From Candidatus Goldiibacteriota bacterium (GTDB taxonomy: Bacteria; Oederibacteriota; PGYV01; DYJU01), in the NCBI GenBank assembly GCA_938034975.1, contig CALHNI010000001.1:105807-169806 (forward strand): DNA of 64,000 nucleotides, given 5' to 3'. Within the stretch, counting starts at the first letter, position 1. Every line of letters begins with the position of its first letter. Below the pieces are notes generated by a model. It saw only the letters and a program-made list of their open reading frames with translations, ran no database searches and was not told the origin of the DNA. Positions 34,299 to 47,639 of the stretch are shown in pieces. The translations under genes were made by a program, and so were the position numbers.

Positions 34299-35834
34299 TT
34301 GGAAAAATTTTATGTAACAGCAGCTATACCATATCCAAATTCTGAACCGCATATAGGACACGCGTATGAACACGTGATGGTTGATGTTATAGCCCGTTAT
34401 CAGCGTTTAAAAGGTAAAAAAGTTTTTTTATCAATAGGCTCAGATGAAAACAGTATAAAAGTATATAACAGTGCCAAAAAATTAAACAAAGATCCTAAAC
34501 AATTCTGTGATGAACTTGCAACAATTTATAAAAACCTATGGAAAAAATACAAAATTACAAATACTGATTTTATCCAGACAACAGAAGAAAGACATAAGAA
34601 AGGCGTTATGAAAATTTTTAAAAAAATGATGGATAATGGAGATATATATAAAGGTGTATATGAAGGATGGTATTGTAAATCATGTGAAGCATTTTTAAAT
34701 GAAAATGAATTGGATGAAGAAAAAAATTGTCCGGTTCACAAAACCAGGCCTGATTGGTTAAAAGAGGAGAATTATTTTTTGAAAGTATCAAAATATACTG
34801 ATAGATTGATAAAATATATAGAAGAAAATCCTGATTTTTTACAGCCAGAGATAAGAAAGAATGAAATTTTAAGTATGCTTAAAACTGGTTTTAAGGACGT
34901 GAGTGTTTCAAGACAATTTTTACCCTGGGGAATTCCTATGCCAGGCGTTGAAAATCAGACAATTTATGTGTGGTTTGATGCTTTAACAAATTATATTACA
35001 GTTTTAAATTATGGTTCAGATGAAAAACTATTTAATGAGTTCTGGCCAGCGGATGTTCATATAATAGGTAAAGATATTATTAAATTTCATATGATAATAT
35101 GGCCTGTGATGCTTATGTCCGCAGGATTACCTTTACCTAAAAAAGTTTTTTCCCATGGTTTTTTATTAAATAAAGGTGAAAAAATGTCAAAAACACGCGG
35201 AAATATTGTTGACCCGAATAATCTTGCTGATGTTTTTGGAGTGGATGTTATCCGTTATTTTTTTATGGCTCATATTGTTAATGGATTTGATGGTGAATTT
35301 TCAGAAGAAGAAATAATAAAAAGATATAATGTTGACCTTGCAAATGATTTTGGAAATTTGATAAATCGTTCATTAAATATGATTGAAAAATACTGTGAAG
35401 CAAAGGTCCCTTCATTTGATGAAACCACAAAAGATGAGAAAATGAATAGCATTATAAATGAAATAGAAAAATTATTTGAAAAATTTGATAATTTAATGGA
35501 AAAATTTGATTTTTCCAATGCGATAGCACTGATTTTTAAATTGATAAATTCAGCAAATAAACTTATTGAAGATGAGGCCCCATGGAACCTTTACAAAGTA
35601 GGTAATATTAAAAAATTAAATTCGGTTCTTTTTTTACTTGTAGAAGTAATACGAATCGCTTCAGTTGCTTTATTGCCAATAATGCCTGATACTTCAAAAA
35701 AAGTATGGGAAAAAATAGGGATTAATTATAATGAAAATAAATTATTGATAAAGGATGAAATGAGATTTGGTATAATAAAAGAAGGGATTAGAGTAAATAA
35801 AGGAGAACCTTTATTTCCACGTATAAAAGAATAA
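34299..35834 (+). CDS. metG: Methionyl-tRNA synthetase (short form)
   Basis: 511 aa with a TTG start after aaggag, HIGH-type motif PHIGHAYE, KMSKT-type motif KMSKTRGN and a Zn knuckle (CKSC...CPVH). Confidence 0.95.
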   Translation: MEKFYVTAAIPYPNSEPHIGHAYEHVMVDVIARYQRLKGKKVFLSIGSDENSIKVYNSAKKLNKDPKQFCDELATIYKNLWKKYKITNTDFIQTTEERHKKGVMKIFKKMMDNGDIYKGVYEGWYCKSCEAFLNENELDEEKNCPVHKTRPDWLKEENYFLKVSKYTDRLIKYIEENPDFLQPEIRKNEILSMLKTGFKDVSVSRQFLPWGIPMPGVENQTIYVWFDALTNYITVLNYGSDEKLFNEFWPADVHIIGKDIIKFHMIIWPVMLMSAGLPLPKKVFSHGFLLNKGEKMSKTRGNIVDPNNLADVFGVDVIRYFFMAHIVNGFDGEFSEEEIIKRYNVDLANDFGNLINRSLNMIEKYCEAKVPSFDETTKDEKMNSIINEIEKLFEKFDNLMEKFDFSNAIALIFKLINSANKLIEDEAPWNLYKVGNIKKLNSVLFLLVEVIRIASVALLPIMPDTSKKVWEKIGINYNENKLLIKDEMRFGIIKEGIRVNKGEPLFPRIKE

Positions 35835-35837
35835 AAT

Positions 35838-36599
35838 ATGATAATAGATACACATATACATATATGCGATGAAAGATACGACCAAGATAGAGAAAATATG
35901 TTAAAAAATGCAGAAAAAGAAGGTGTATTAAAGTTTATCAATATAGGAGCTGAAATAAAAGAAAATACAAAGGTTGCTCAATATGAAAGGCATGGGGTTT
36001 ATAAATCTTTTGGAATACATCCGCATTATATAGATGTATTTGATGATAATGAATTTGATAAAATAAAAAATTATTTGAAGAAATCAAAAGATGTTGTTGC
36101 GGTTGGAGAAATTGGACTTGATTTTTTCAAAAATGAAATGCCTGCTGATTTACAGATAAGTATTTTTAAAAAAATGCTTAATCTGGCAAAGGATTTTAAT
36201 CTGCCTGTTATAATTCATAGCAGGGAAGCGCATAAAGAAGTTTATGATATCTTAAAAGAATTTAAAATGCCGCGTCAAGGTGTTATTCACTGTTTTACAG
36301 GTGATAAAGAAACAGCTCAAAAATTTATTGACATCGGATTTTTACTTGGCATAGGTGGAGTTGTGACTTTCCCAAATGCGGGTATTTTAAAAGAAACAGT
36401 AAAATATGTTGGAATTGATTTTTTTATTCTTGAAACTGATGCGCCGTATCTTGCACCGCAACAAGTTCGTGGAAAAAGAAACGAACCTGTTTATTTGAAA
36501 TATGTTGTAAAAGAAATAGCAATTTTGAAACAAATGACAGAAGAAAAAGTAAAAACAGCAACATCTTATAATGCAGAAAAATTGTTTAGTCTGAAATAA
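35838..36599 (+). CDS. tatD: TatD-family metal-dependent DNase/hydrolase
   Basis: 253 aa with IDTHIH, GEIGLD, IHSR, GVIHCF and ETDAPYL motifs. Confidence 0.9.
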   Translation: MIIDTHIHICDERYDQDRENMLKNAEKEGVLKFINIGAEIKENTKVAQYERHGVYKSFGIHPHYIDVFDDNEFDKIKNYLKKSKDVVAVGEIGLDFFKNEMPADLQISIFKKMLNLAKDFNLPVIIHSREAHKEVYDILKEFKMPRQGVIHCFTGDKETAQKFIDIGFLLGIGGVVTFPNAGILKETVKYVGIDFFILETDAPYLAPQQVRGKRNEPVYLKYVVKEIAILKQMTEEKVKTATSYNAEKLFSLK

Positions 36600-36633
36600 T
36601 ATTTAAAAAATTTTTACTTATGGAGGGTGGAAT

Positions 36634-37647
36634 ATGTTAAAGGAATACATAAAACTACTGGTGGATTACAAAGATCTTGATAAAGACCAGATGAAAAATG
36701 CAATGAATGCAATAATGGAAGGTAAAGTAAGTGAACCGCAGATGTCAGCTTTTTTAACAGCATTAAGGATGAAAGGAGAAACAGTTGATGAAATTGTTGC
36801 AGCGGCAGAAGTAATGAGAGAAAAAGCAGAAAAAATAGAATTTAAAAGCAATATAATATTAGATACCTGTGGAACAGGCGGAGATATGTCGCATACTTTT
36901 AATATTTCAACTGCTTCTGCAATAATTGCTGCTTCTGCTGGTATAACAGTTGCAAAACATGGAAACCGTGGGATGACCAGTTTATCAGGAAGTGCTGATA
37001 TATTAAAAGCGCTTGGGGTTAACATAGAACTTACGCCGGAAAAAATAAAAAATTGTCTTAAAAAAGCAGGTATTGCTTTTTTATTTGCACCAGGATGTCA
37101 TAAAGCAATGAAATATGCCATGCCGGTAAGAAAAGAAATAGGAATAAGAACAATATTTAATATTTTAGGTCCGCTTATTAATCCTGTAAAAAATACACAC
37201 CATTTAATGGGTGTCTTTTCTGAAAGTTTAACTGAAAAAATAGCAAATGTTTTAAAAAAAATGGGATTAAAACATGCTGCTGTTATCTGTGGCAAAGGCA
37301 ATGTTGATGAAATAATTTTATGGGGAGATACCAAAATAAGCGAATTAAAAAATGGTAAAGTAAAGACATTCAGAATACACCCCAAAGATTTTGGAATTAA
37401 AAAAAGCCCTTTATCTGCTGTAAAAGGTGGAACGCCTGAAGAAAATGCAAATATATTAAAAGAAATACTTGAAAACAAAAGAAAAGATGCATATTATGAT
37501 ATAATTGTATTAAACAGTGGTTTTGCTCTTTATATAGCTGATTTTGTAAAAACGATAAAAGAGGGAATTAAATCAGCAAAAGAATTAATAGAAAGCGGTA
37601 AGGCACTTTCCAAATTAAAACAATTTATTGAATGTTCAAATGAGTAA
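36634..37647 (+). CDS. trpD: Anthranilate phosphoribosyltransferase
   Basis: 337 aa with DTCGTGGD, KHGNR and FNILGPLINP motifs. Confidence 0.95.
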   Translation: MLKEYIKLLVDYKDLDKDQMKNAMNAIMEGKVSEPQMSAFLTALRMKGETVDEIVAAAEVMREKAEKIEFKSNIILDTCGTGGDMSHTFNISTASAIIAASAGITVAKHGNRGMTSLSGSADILKALGVNIELTPEKIKNCLKKAGIAFLFAPGCHKAMKYAMPVRKEIGIRTIFNILGPLINPVKNTHHLMGVFSESLTEKIANVLKKMGLKHAAVICGKGNVDEIILWGDTKISELKNGKVKTFRIHPKDFGIKKSPLSAVKGGTPEENANILKEILENKRKDAYYDIIVLNSGFALYIADFVKTIKEGIKSAKELIESGKALSKLKQFIECSNE

Positions 37648-37672
37648 TATTTAAATTAAGGAGGATGAAAAG

Positions 37673-38470
37673 ATGAATTTTATAAAAAAAATAATAAAAA
37701 ATAAAAAAGATGAAATAAAAATAAAAAAAGAAAATATTACCATAGATATGATGTTAAAAGAAATAATGAAATCCCCTGCAAATAGAAATTTCAGGGATAT
37801 TTTTGAATATAATGATTTTTCAATTATAGGAGAAATAAAGAAAAAGTCACCTTCTGCTGGAACTTTAAAGAGCCGTATAAATATAAAAAACATAGTAAAA
37901 ATTTATGAAGAAGCAGGTATAAATGCTCTTTCAATTGTGACTGATAAGAAATATTTTGACGGAAATACTGATTTTATTGCAGAAGCAAAAAAATATTCAA
38001 CTTTGCCTGTTTTAAGGAAAGATTTTATCATAGATGAATATCAGATATATGAATCGCGGCTTGTAAAAGCAGATGCTATATTATTAATTGCAGCAATTTT
38101 AGATGGTAAACAATTAAGTGCTTTTGTTAAAAAAGCAAGATTTTTAAATATGACACCCATAGTTGAGGTTCATACAAAAGAAGAAGTTAAAAAAGCTGTA
38201 CGAAGCAGTGCGGAAATTATTGGCATAAACACCAGAGATCTTAAAACTTTTAAAACAGATTTGAATATAATAAAAAGACTTGCCAGGGTTATTCCCAAAG
38301 ACAGAATAATAATATGTGAAAGCGGAATTAAAAAACCCGAGGATATAAAGGAAATTTTAATTGATGAAAGAATAAAGGGTGTTTTAATAGGAACAATGTT
38401 TATGACTGCCAAAGAAGAAAAAATAAAAAGTTATACAGAAAAGATCATGGATATTGTAAATTCAAGATAA
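37673..38470 (+). CDS. trpC: Indole-3-glycerol phosphate synthase
   Basis: 265 aa with IGEIKKKSPS, LRKDFIID.YQI and GINTRDL motifs. Confidence 0.9.
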   Translation: MNFIKKIIKNKKDEIKIKKENITIDMMLKEIMKSPANRNFRDIFEYNDFSIIGEIKKKSPSAGTLKSRINIKNIVKIYEEAGINALSIVTDKKYFDGNTDFIAEAKKYSTLPVLRKDFIIDEYQIYESRLVKADAILLIAAILDGKQLSAFVKKARFLNMTPIVEVHTKEEVKKAVRSSAEIIGINTRDLKTFKTDLNIIKRLARVIPKDRIIICESGIKKPEDIKEILIDERIKGVLIGTMFMTAKEEKIKSYTEKIMDIVNSR

Positions 38471-39124
38471 ATGGAATATTTCCCGAAAATAAAGATTTGT
38501 GGCATAACTAATTTAAATGATGCCAGGTTAGCCATGAAAAATAAAACTGATATTATTGGCTTTATTTTTGCTAAAAGTCCACGGCAGATAAAAATAAATG
38601 AAGCAAAAAAAATTATAAAAAATATATGTAATTTAAAATATGCCGGTGTTTTTGTAAATGAAAAAACAAAAAAAATAAACAATTTGATAAAAACTTTAAA
38701 ACTTGATTTTGTTCAATTGTGTGGCGAAGAAAAAATAAAAGATATAAAAAAAATTAAAAATACTGAAATAATAAAAGTGATAAGGCCAAGAACTAAAAAA
38801 GAATTGATAAACAAAATAAAAAAATATAAAAATCATGTAGATTACTTTTTACTTGATACTTATAAAAAGGGAATTTATGGAGGAACAGGAGAAAAATTTA
38901 ACTGGGATTTTATCAATGTGATTAAAAAGTCAAAAAAACCCTATTTTGTCGCGGGTGGAATAAAACCTGAAAATATAAAGGAATTATTGATAAAATATAA
39001 GCCATATGCCATAGACGTTAATTCAGGCATAGAAAAAAGTTATGGTAAAAAGTCAGAAAAAAAGATAAAATTGTTATTTAAAAAAATAAAAGAGGCAGTA
39101 AAGCTAATAAAAAAGGAGAATTAA
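38471..39124 (+). CDS. trpF: Phosphoribosylanthranilate isomerase
   Basis: 217 aa with KICGIT, QLCG, GGTG..F.W and AGGI motifs, in trp operon context. Confidence 0.85.
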   Translation: MEYFPKIKICGITNLNDARLAMKNKTDIIGFIFAKSPRQIKINEAKKIIKNICNLKYAGVFVNEKTKKINNLIKTLKLDFVQLCGEEKIKDIKKIKNTEIIKVIRPRTKKELINKIKKYKNHVDYFLLDTYKKGIYGGTGEKFNWDFINVIKKSKKPYFVAGGIKPENIKELLIKYKPYAIDVNSGIEKSYGKKSEKKIKLLFKKIKEAVKLIKKEN

Positions 39125-39130
39125 AAAAGA

Positions 39131-40306
39131 ATGCTTCCTGATAAAAAAGGATTTTTTGGCAGATTCGGTGGCAAATTTGCTCCTGAGACATTACGGGCTT
39201 TAATTGATGATTTGGAATATCAATATGAAAAAGCCAAAAAGGATAAAAAATTTAAAGAAGAATTAAATTATTATTTAAAAAATTATATTGGCAGGCCTAC
39301 ACCACTTTATTTTGCAAAAAGATTAACCAAATATTTGGGAAAGGGAAAAATTTATTTAAAGAGGGAAGATTTATGTCATACAGGCGCTCATAAGATAAAT
39401 AATACAATCGGTCAGATTTTACTGGCCAAGCGTCTTGGTAAAAAAAGAATAATAGCAGAGACAGGTGCGGGACAGCATGGAGTTGCAACAGCAACAGTTG
39501 CTGCCCTTTTCGGAATGGAATGCTGCATTTATATGGGAGAAGAAGATATAAAAAGACAATCTTTAAATGTTTACAGGATGGAATTACTTGGTGCAAAAGT
39601 TATTCCGGTAAAATCAGGCAGTAAAACATTAAAGGATGCTTTAAATGAAGCAATAAGGGATTGGCTTAAAAATGTTGATACAACATTTTATATAATTGGT
39701 TCTGTTGCTGGTTTTCACCCTTATCCTGCTATGGTAAGAGATTTTCAATCGGTAATCGGCATTGAAACAAAAAAACAAATTATAAAACTTGAAGGTAGAT
39801 TACCTGATATTTTAATCGCCTGTGTTGGTGGTGGGTCAAATTCAATTGGTCTTTTTTATCCTTTTTTAAAATATGAAAAAATAAAAATGTATGGAGTTGA
39901 AGCAGCTGGTTTGGGACTTAATACAGGAAGACATGCAGCATCTTTAGAAAAAGGCAAGATTGGCATTTTGCATGGAGCAAAAACTTATGTATTACAGGAT
40001 AAAAATGGGCAAATAAAAGAAACTCATTCCATAGCCGCAGGACTTGATTATCCAGGGGTCGGTCCTGAACATAGTTATTTAAAAGAAACAGGCAGAGTAA
40101 AATATGCGTCTGTAACAGATAAAGAGGCATTAGATGCATTTAAATTATTATCAGAAAAAGAAGGAATAATTCCTGCTCTTGAATCTTCGCATGCAATTGC
40201 ATACATTAAAAAATTAAAACCAAATAAAAATAATATAATAGTTATAAATTTATCCGGTAGGGGCGATAAAGATATAAATACAGTATTTAAAGCAGGACAA
40301 ACATGA
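39131..40306 (+). CDS. trpB: Tryptophan synthase beta chain
   Basis: 391 aa with [26 protein letters not shown] and LSGRGDKD motifs. Confidence 0.95.
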   Translation: MLPDKKGFFGRFGGKFAPETLRALIDDLEYQYEKAKKDKKFKEELNYYLKNYIGRPTPLYFAKRLTKYLGKGKIYLKREDLCHTGAHKINNTIGQILLAKRLGKKRIIAETGAGQHGVATATVAALFGMECCIYMGEEDIKRQSLNVYRMELLGAKVIPVKSGSKTLKDALNEAIRDWLKNVDTTFYIIGSVAGFHPYPAMVRDFQSVIGIETKKQIIKLEGRLPDILIACVGGGSNSIGLFYPFLKYEKIKMYGVEAAGLGLNTGRHAASLEKGKIGILHGAKTYVLQDKNGQIKETHSIAAGLDYPGVGPEHSYLKETGRVKYASVTDKEALDAFKLLSEKEGIIPALESSHAIAYIKKLKPNKNNIIVINLSGRGDKDINTVFKAGQT

Positions 40307-41097
40307 ATAGATTATATAATCTTGAAAAACAGAATAAGAAACATTTGATAATTTATCTCATGGCAGGAGATCCAGATCTTAAAACAACAGAAAAATTAAT
40401 TTATCTTCTTGATAAGATTGGAGTTTCAGTAATTGAATTAGGAGTCCCTTTTTCTGACCCGATTGCTGATGGTGTAACGATACAAAAAGCCGGTGACAGA
40501 GCATTAAAGCAGGGAATTAATTTAAAAAAAGTTTTTTTGCTTATGAAGAAAGTAAGAAAAAAAGTAAATGTTCCTATTGTGCTTATGACTTATTATAACA
40601 TTATTTTTAATTTTGGAATAAAAAAATTTATAATAGAATCAAAAAAATCAGGTATAGATGGTGCCATAATTCCGGATCTTCCTTTTGATGAAGAAAGCGA
40701 AATTTATGATTTGGCAGTTAAAAATGATTTTTGTATTATTTATCTTGTTTCGCCAACCAATACAATTTCAAGAACCAAAAAAATAGTAGAAAAAAGCATG
40801 GGTTTTGTGTATTATATTCTTGTTAAAGGAGTAACAGGAATAAATAATAAAAGATCATCGTTTGATTTTAGGCATTTAAAGATTTTAAGAAAATTTTCTA
40901 AAAAACCAATTTTTGCAGGTTTTGGAGTTTCAATGCCACATGAGGTAAAAGAAATTTTAAGATACTTTGATGGAGTTATTATTGGAAGTGCTTTTGTAAA
41001 TATTATTGAAAAATATGGCAATAAAACAGAAAAATTATTAAAAGAATGTAAAAAATTTGTTTGTAAATTTTTAACTGGGGTTAAGAATGCCAGGTAA
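40303..41097 (+). CDS. trpA: Tryptophan synthase alpha chain
   Basis: 264 aa with [14 protein letters not shown] and GFG(V/I)S motifs. It overlaps trpB by 4 nt. Confidence 0.9.
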   Translation: MNRLYNLEKQNKKHLIIYLMAGDPDLKTTEKLIYLLDKIGVSVIELGVPFSDPIADGVTIQKAGDRALKQGINLKKVFLLMKKVRKKVNVPIVLMTYYNIIFNFGIKKFIIESKKSGIDGAIIPDLPFDEESEIYDLAVKNDFCIIYLVSPTNTISRTKKIVEKSMGFVYYILVKGVTGINNKRSSFDFRHLKILRKFSKKPIFAGFGVSMPHEVKEILRYFDGVIIGSAFVNIIEKYGNKTEKLLKECKKFVCKFLTGVKNAR

Positions 41098-42769
41098 CAA
41101 GAAAAATAAAATAATTAAAAAATCAGATAAGAAAAACAATCAGAATAATTTGCAAAAATATTTAGAAGAAATTAATTTAATGCAAAAAAAAATAGGGATA
41201 TTAAATGAAGTTGTAAAAGTAACAAGTCAGAATTTTGATATAAATAAAATACTTGGTAGATTTCTTGATATTACATTAGAAGTTGTAGGTGCTGATGCCG
41301 GTTCCATACTTTTAATAGATAAAAATTCAGACACTCTTTATTTTGCTGTTGCCCGTGGCAGCAAAGCAGAAAAATTAAAGGATTATAAATTAACAATTGG
41401 AGAAGGCATTGCCGGCTGGGTTGCCCAATCAGGGAAATCAGTAATAACACCGGATGTTAAAAAGGATAAAAGATTTGCTTCTAAAATAAGCAAGGAAATA
41501 AAATATCCAACCAAAAATATTATTTGTGCACCATTAAGATTTGAAGAAGAAGTTCTCGGTGTCATAGAACTTATAAATAAAAAAGGAAATGGGGTTTTTA
41601 ATGAAGATGACCTTGAAATACTTGAAATTTTTACACCATATATTGGTGTAATTATAAAAAACGCCCAGTTATTTATTGAAAACAGAAAAAAGATAGAGAG
41701 ACTGGAACACCTTATTGAAATTACAAAGTTTGTAAATTCCACCTTGAATCTTGATGCGCTTTTAAACAGGATGCTTGAAATTTCAACAGATGTTTTAAAT
41801 GCAGAGGCAGGTTCAATTCTTTTGCTTGATGAAGAAAAAGATGAACTTGTATTTGCTGCAGCAACAGGTGAAAAAAGTGATAAAATAAAAGAAATAAGAG
41901 TGCCGGTAGGTGAAGGTGTTGTGGGTTGGGTTGCCAGGGAAGATAAAGATGTATTAATTGCTGATGCCCAGAACGATCCGAGATTTTTTAAAAAAGCTGA
42001 TCAGAAAACAAAATTTAAAACAAAAACAATTGTTGCTGTTCCGCTTAAAACAAAAGAAAAATTGATAGGAGTTGTTGAAGTTCTTAATAAAAAAGATAAT
42101 TCATTATTTAATGAAGAAGATGTAAATTTACTTGAGGCACTTGCAAATCAGGCAGCTGTTGCAATTGAAAATGCAAAACTCTATGAAAATTTGAAGCAAT
42201 TATTTTTAAACACAGTAAAATCGCTTGCCGCTGCTATTGAAACAAAGGATATATATACACGCGGTCATTCTGAACGTGTAACCAAATATAGTATGATAAT
42301 AGGAGAAAAACTCGGTATTAAAGCAGAAGAACTTGAAAATTTACGACTGGCAGCTCTGTTACATGATATAGGGAAAATTGGTATAGATGAAAGTATTTTA
42401 AGAAAACCAGCAAAACTTTCAGCAACAGAATTTGAAGAGATAAAAAAGCATCCGATTTATGCAGCTAATATTCTGGAATCAATACCACAATTAAAAGAAA
42501 TAATACCAGTAGTAAAACACCATCATGAACGTTATGATGGACACGGCTATCCTTCTGCGCTCAAAGGAAATGAAATACCATATTTTTCAAGGATTATAGC
42601 AATAGCTGATACTTTTGATGCTATGTCATCAAATAGACCATACAGACAGGCATTACCCCTTGATATTTGTATTCAGGAAATAATAAATTGTTCGGGGACA
42701 CAATTTGACCCTGAAATTGCATTAGTTGCACATAAAGCATTAAAAGAACATTTTGAATCTAAAAAATAA
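41087..42769 (+). CDS. GAF-GAF-HD-GYP domain protein (predicted c-di-GMP phosphodiesterase)
   Basis: 560 aa with two GAF-like halves (GEGIAGWVAQSGK and GEGVVGWVAREDK), then HSERV, LHDIGK and HHERYDGHGYP. Confidence 0.85.
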   Translation: MPGNKKNKIIKKSDKKNNQNNLQKYLEEINLMQKKIGILNEVVKVTSQNFDINKILGRFLDITLEVVGADAGSILLIDKNSDTLYFAVARGSKAEKLKDYKLTIGEGIAGWVAQSGKSVITPDVKKDKRFASKISKEIKYPTKNIICAPLRFEEEVLGVIELINKKGNGVFNEDDLEILEIFTPYIGVIIKNAQLFIENRKKIERLEHLIEITKFVNSTLNLDALLNRMLEISTDVLNAEAGSILLLDEEKDELVFAAATGEKSDKIKEIRVPVGEGVVGWVAREDKDVLIADAQNDPRFFKKADQKTKFKTKTIVAVPLKTKEKLIGVVEVLNKKDNSLFNEEDVNLLEALANQAAVAIENAKLYENLKQLFLNTVKSLAAAIETKDIYTRGHSERVTKYSMIIGEKLGIKAEELENLRLAALLHDIGKIGIDESILRKPAKLSATEFEEIKKHPIYAANILESIPQLKEIIPVVKHHHERYDGHGYPSALKGNEIPYFSRIIAIADTFDAMSSNRPYRQALPLDICIQEIINCSGTQFDPEIALVAHKALKEHFESKK

Positions 42770-42785
42770 GGAAGGGGAATAAAAA

Positions 42786-43640
42786 ATGGCATGGTTCCAT
42801 AGACCTAAATATACAATTATAAGAAAAGTTCAAAAAACAGATACAAAAATTCCAGAAGGAATGTGGGTTAAATGTGATTCCTGCTCAGGAATTTTACTTA
42901 AAAAAGAACTGGATGATAATTTGAACGTATGCCCTAAATGTGGTTTTCACAACAGAATAAATGCAAAAAAACGTATTGAAATTACACTTGATTCTAATTC
43001 CTTTGTTGAAATGTGGCCTGATATTTTTTCGGTTGATTTTCTAAATTTTCCCCAATATAAAGAAAAACTTGAAAAATCAATGAAATCAACTGGTCTTTCA
43101 GAAGCAGTTATTGTCGGCACAGGTAAAATCAATGGTATGGATGTAGCAATTGGTGTTACTGATTTTAATTTTATGGGTGGGTCTTTAGGTTCTGTAATGG
43201 GTGAAAAAATTATCAGAATTATAGAACATGCTTATAAAGAAAATTTACCGCTCATAATAATTTCTGCGTCAGGAGGTGGAGCCAGAATGCATGAAGGTAT
43301 TATTTCGCTTATGCAGATGGCAAAAATTTCAGCTGGATTATCAAAAATTTATGATAAAAAATTACCATATATTTCAGTCTTAACAGACCCCACAGGTGGT
43401 GGGGTTACAGCTTCTTTTGCCATGCTTGGAGATGTAAATATTGCTGAACCAGGTGCCTTGATTATGTTTGCCGGACCAAGAGTTATAGAGCAGACCATAA
43501 AACAAAAATTACCCCCTGGATTTCAAAGATCTGAATTTTTATTAGAACACGGAATGATTGATATGATAGTTGAGAGAAAAAATCTAAAAAATACAATATT
43601 CAGTTTACTTTCAAAATTTACCGCCAATTTAAAAAAATAG
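42786..43640 (+). CDS. accD: Acetyl-CoA carboxylase carboxyltransferase beta subunit
   Basis: 284 aa with an N-terminal Zn ribbon (CDSC...CPKC) and GGSLG and SGGARMHEG motifs. Confidence 0.95.
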   Translation: MAWFHRPKYTIIRKVQKTDTKIPEGMWVKCDSCSGILLKKELDDNLNVCPKCGFHNRINAKKRIEITLDSNSFVEMWPDIFSVDFLNFPQYKEKLEKSMKSTGLSEAVIVGTGKINGMDVAIGVTDFNFMGGSLGSVMGEKIIRIIEHAYKENLPLIIISASGGGARMHEGIISLMQMAKISAGLSKIYDKKLPYISVLTDPTGGGVTASFAMLGDVNIAEPGALIMFAGPRVIEQTIKQKLPPGFQRSEFLLEHGMIDMIVERKNLKNTIFSLLSKFTANLKK

Positions 43641-43652
43641 TTTTTAATTAAA

Positions 43653-44918
43653 ATGCTATTAAAAAAATATAAATATTTTATATCTTATTTAAATGGATTA
43701 AATGAATTCAAATTTGATTACTCCCTTGAAAGAATAAAAAAAACCCTTCAAATATTAAAAAATCCACAAAATCATTATGATGTGATTCATATAACAGGTA
43801 GTAATGGAAAAGGTTCGGTTTGTATGTATATTTCATCAATTTTTGATGCGCATAAAATAAAAGTTGGAACTTATCTTTCGCCACATATAAAAGATGTTAG
43901 GGAAAGAATACTCATCAATTGCAAAAAGGTTAAAAAAAATTTTTTTTTATCTGCGGGATTAAAAGTAATTAAAATTTTAAATAAAAACAATATAAAATTG
44001 ACTTATTTTGAGTTTTTAACTGTTGTTGCTCTCCTTGTGTTTAAAAGTTTAAGGGTTAAAATTGCAGTAATAGAAGTTGGGCTTGGTGGAAGATACGATG
44101 CGACAAATCTTGATTATAAAAATAAACTATTAAGTGTAATAACTTCCATATCAAAAGAGCATACCAATTACCTTGGAAATACAGAAATGTCAATATTAAA
44201 AGAAAAAGCAGAGATAATAAAAAATTCAAAAGTTATATGTAATTTAAAAAAAGTAAAATTAAAAAATTATATTTTAGAAAAATACGGGGGAAAGGTTTAT
44301 TTTAATGACCATTTTTATAAATTAGAAAAATTTTATTATAAAGACAAATTTCTGTTTGTTGAGGTTTATGATAAAACATCAAAGGTTAAAAGAATATATA
44401 AAAGTAAAATGCTTGAAATCGCACAAATTGAAAATATACTGACGGTTCTTACTGCAATAAAGATATTAAAAAAAAAATTCAGGTTTACAGAGAAAAAAAT
44501 TAAGAGGTCTATTGAGAAGATGTTTTTATATGGGAGGTTGACATGGCATAAAAACGGTTATTATTTAAGTGTGGCACACAATCCTGAAGCTTTAAAAAAC
44601 ATGCTGATTTCAATAAATAAAATTTATCCCGATAAAAGTTTTTTATTTATTTTTTCTTTACTTAAAGATAAAAATATAAATAGAATTGCAAAAATAATCA
44701 GTTGTTATAAAAAAAAGATGAAAGTTATAATAACAAGTATTTATAATGAAAGAGCAATGGATATTAAAAAGATTAAAAAATATATGATAAAATATAAAGT
44801 AAAAAATTATGTTGTTAAAAATAATAAAGAAGCACTTAACTTTGCATATAAAATCAAGAAAAAAAATGATATAATAATAATTGGTGGTTCGTTTTATTTG
44901 ATAAAAAATTTTATTTAA
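43653..44918 (+). CDS. folC: Folylpolyglutamate synthase / dihydrofolate synthase
   Basis: 421 aa with Mur-ligase P-loop HITGSNGKGS, EVGLGGRYDATN and SKEH motifs. Confidence 0.8.
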   Translation: MLLKKYKYFISYLNGLNEFKFDYSLERIKKTLQILKNPQNHYDVIHITGSNGKGSVCMYISSIFDAHKIKVGTYLSPHIKDVRERILINCKKVKKNFFLSAGLKVIKILNKNNIKLTYFEFLTVVALLVFKSLRVKIAVIEVGLGGRYDATNLDYKNKLLSVITSISKEHTNYLGNTEMSILKEKAEIIKNSKVICNLKKVKLKNYILEKYGGKVYFNDHFYKLEKFYYKDKFLFVEVYDKTSKVKRIYKSKMLEIAQIENILTVLTAIKILKKKFRFTEKKIKRSIEKMFLYGRLTWHKNGYYLSVAHNPEALKNMLISINKIYPDKSFLFIFSLLKDKNINRIAKIISCYKKKMKVIITSIYNERAMDIKKIKKYMIKYKVKNYVVKNNKEALNFAYKIKKKNDIIIIGGSFYLIKNFI

Positions 44919-44942
44919 AATTTAATGGAGGTTAAAAGGTAT

Positions 44943-47590
<2,648 letters not shown>

Positions 47591-47639
47591 TAATGTATTC
47601 TTTTATACTATAATAAAAAAAAATTATCTAGGAGGCTAT

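Noticed and set aside
36666-38682. Long antisense ORFs within trpD/trpC/trpF (36666..37025, 37098..37478, 37651..37893, 38170..38412, 38431..38682). Similar antisense ORFs occur in the adhesin gene, ligA, GT4, the GAF protein and other genes.
   Set aside because: They lie opposite well-supported conserved genes and have low-complexity Ile/Phe/Ser/Leu-rich translations, which is typical of an AT-rich antisense frame. They have no RBS.
44925-44942. First ATG of the cysE ORF (MEVKRY...)
   Set aside because: The GGAGG overlaps this ATG, and the conserved SAT N-terminus begins at the second Met (44943). Confidence in this choice is only moderate, so the alternative start is recorded here.
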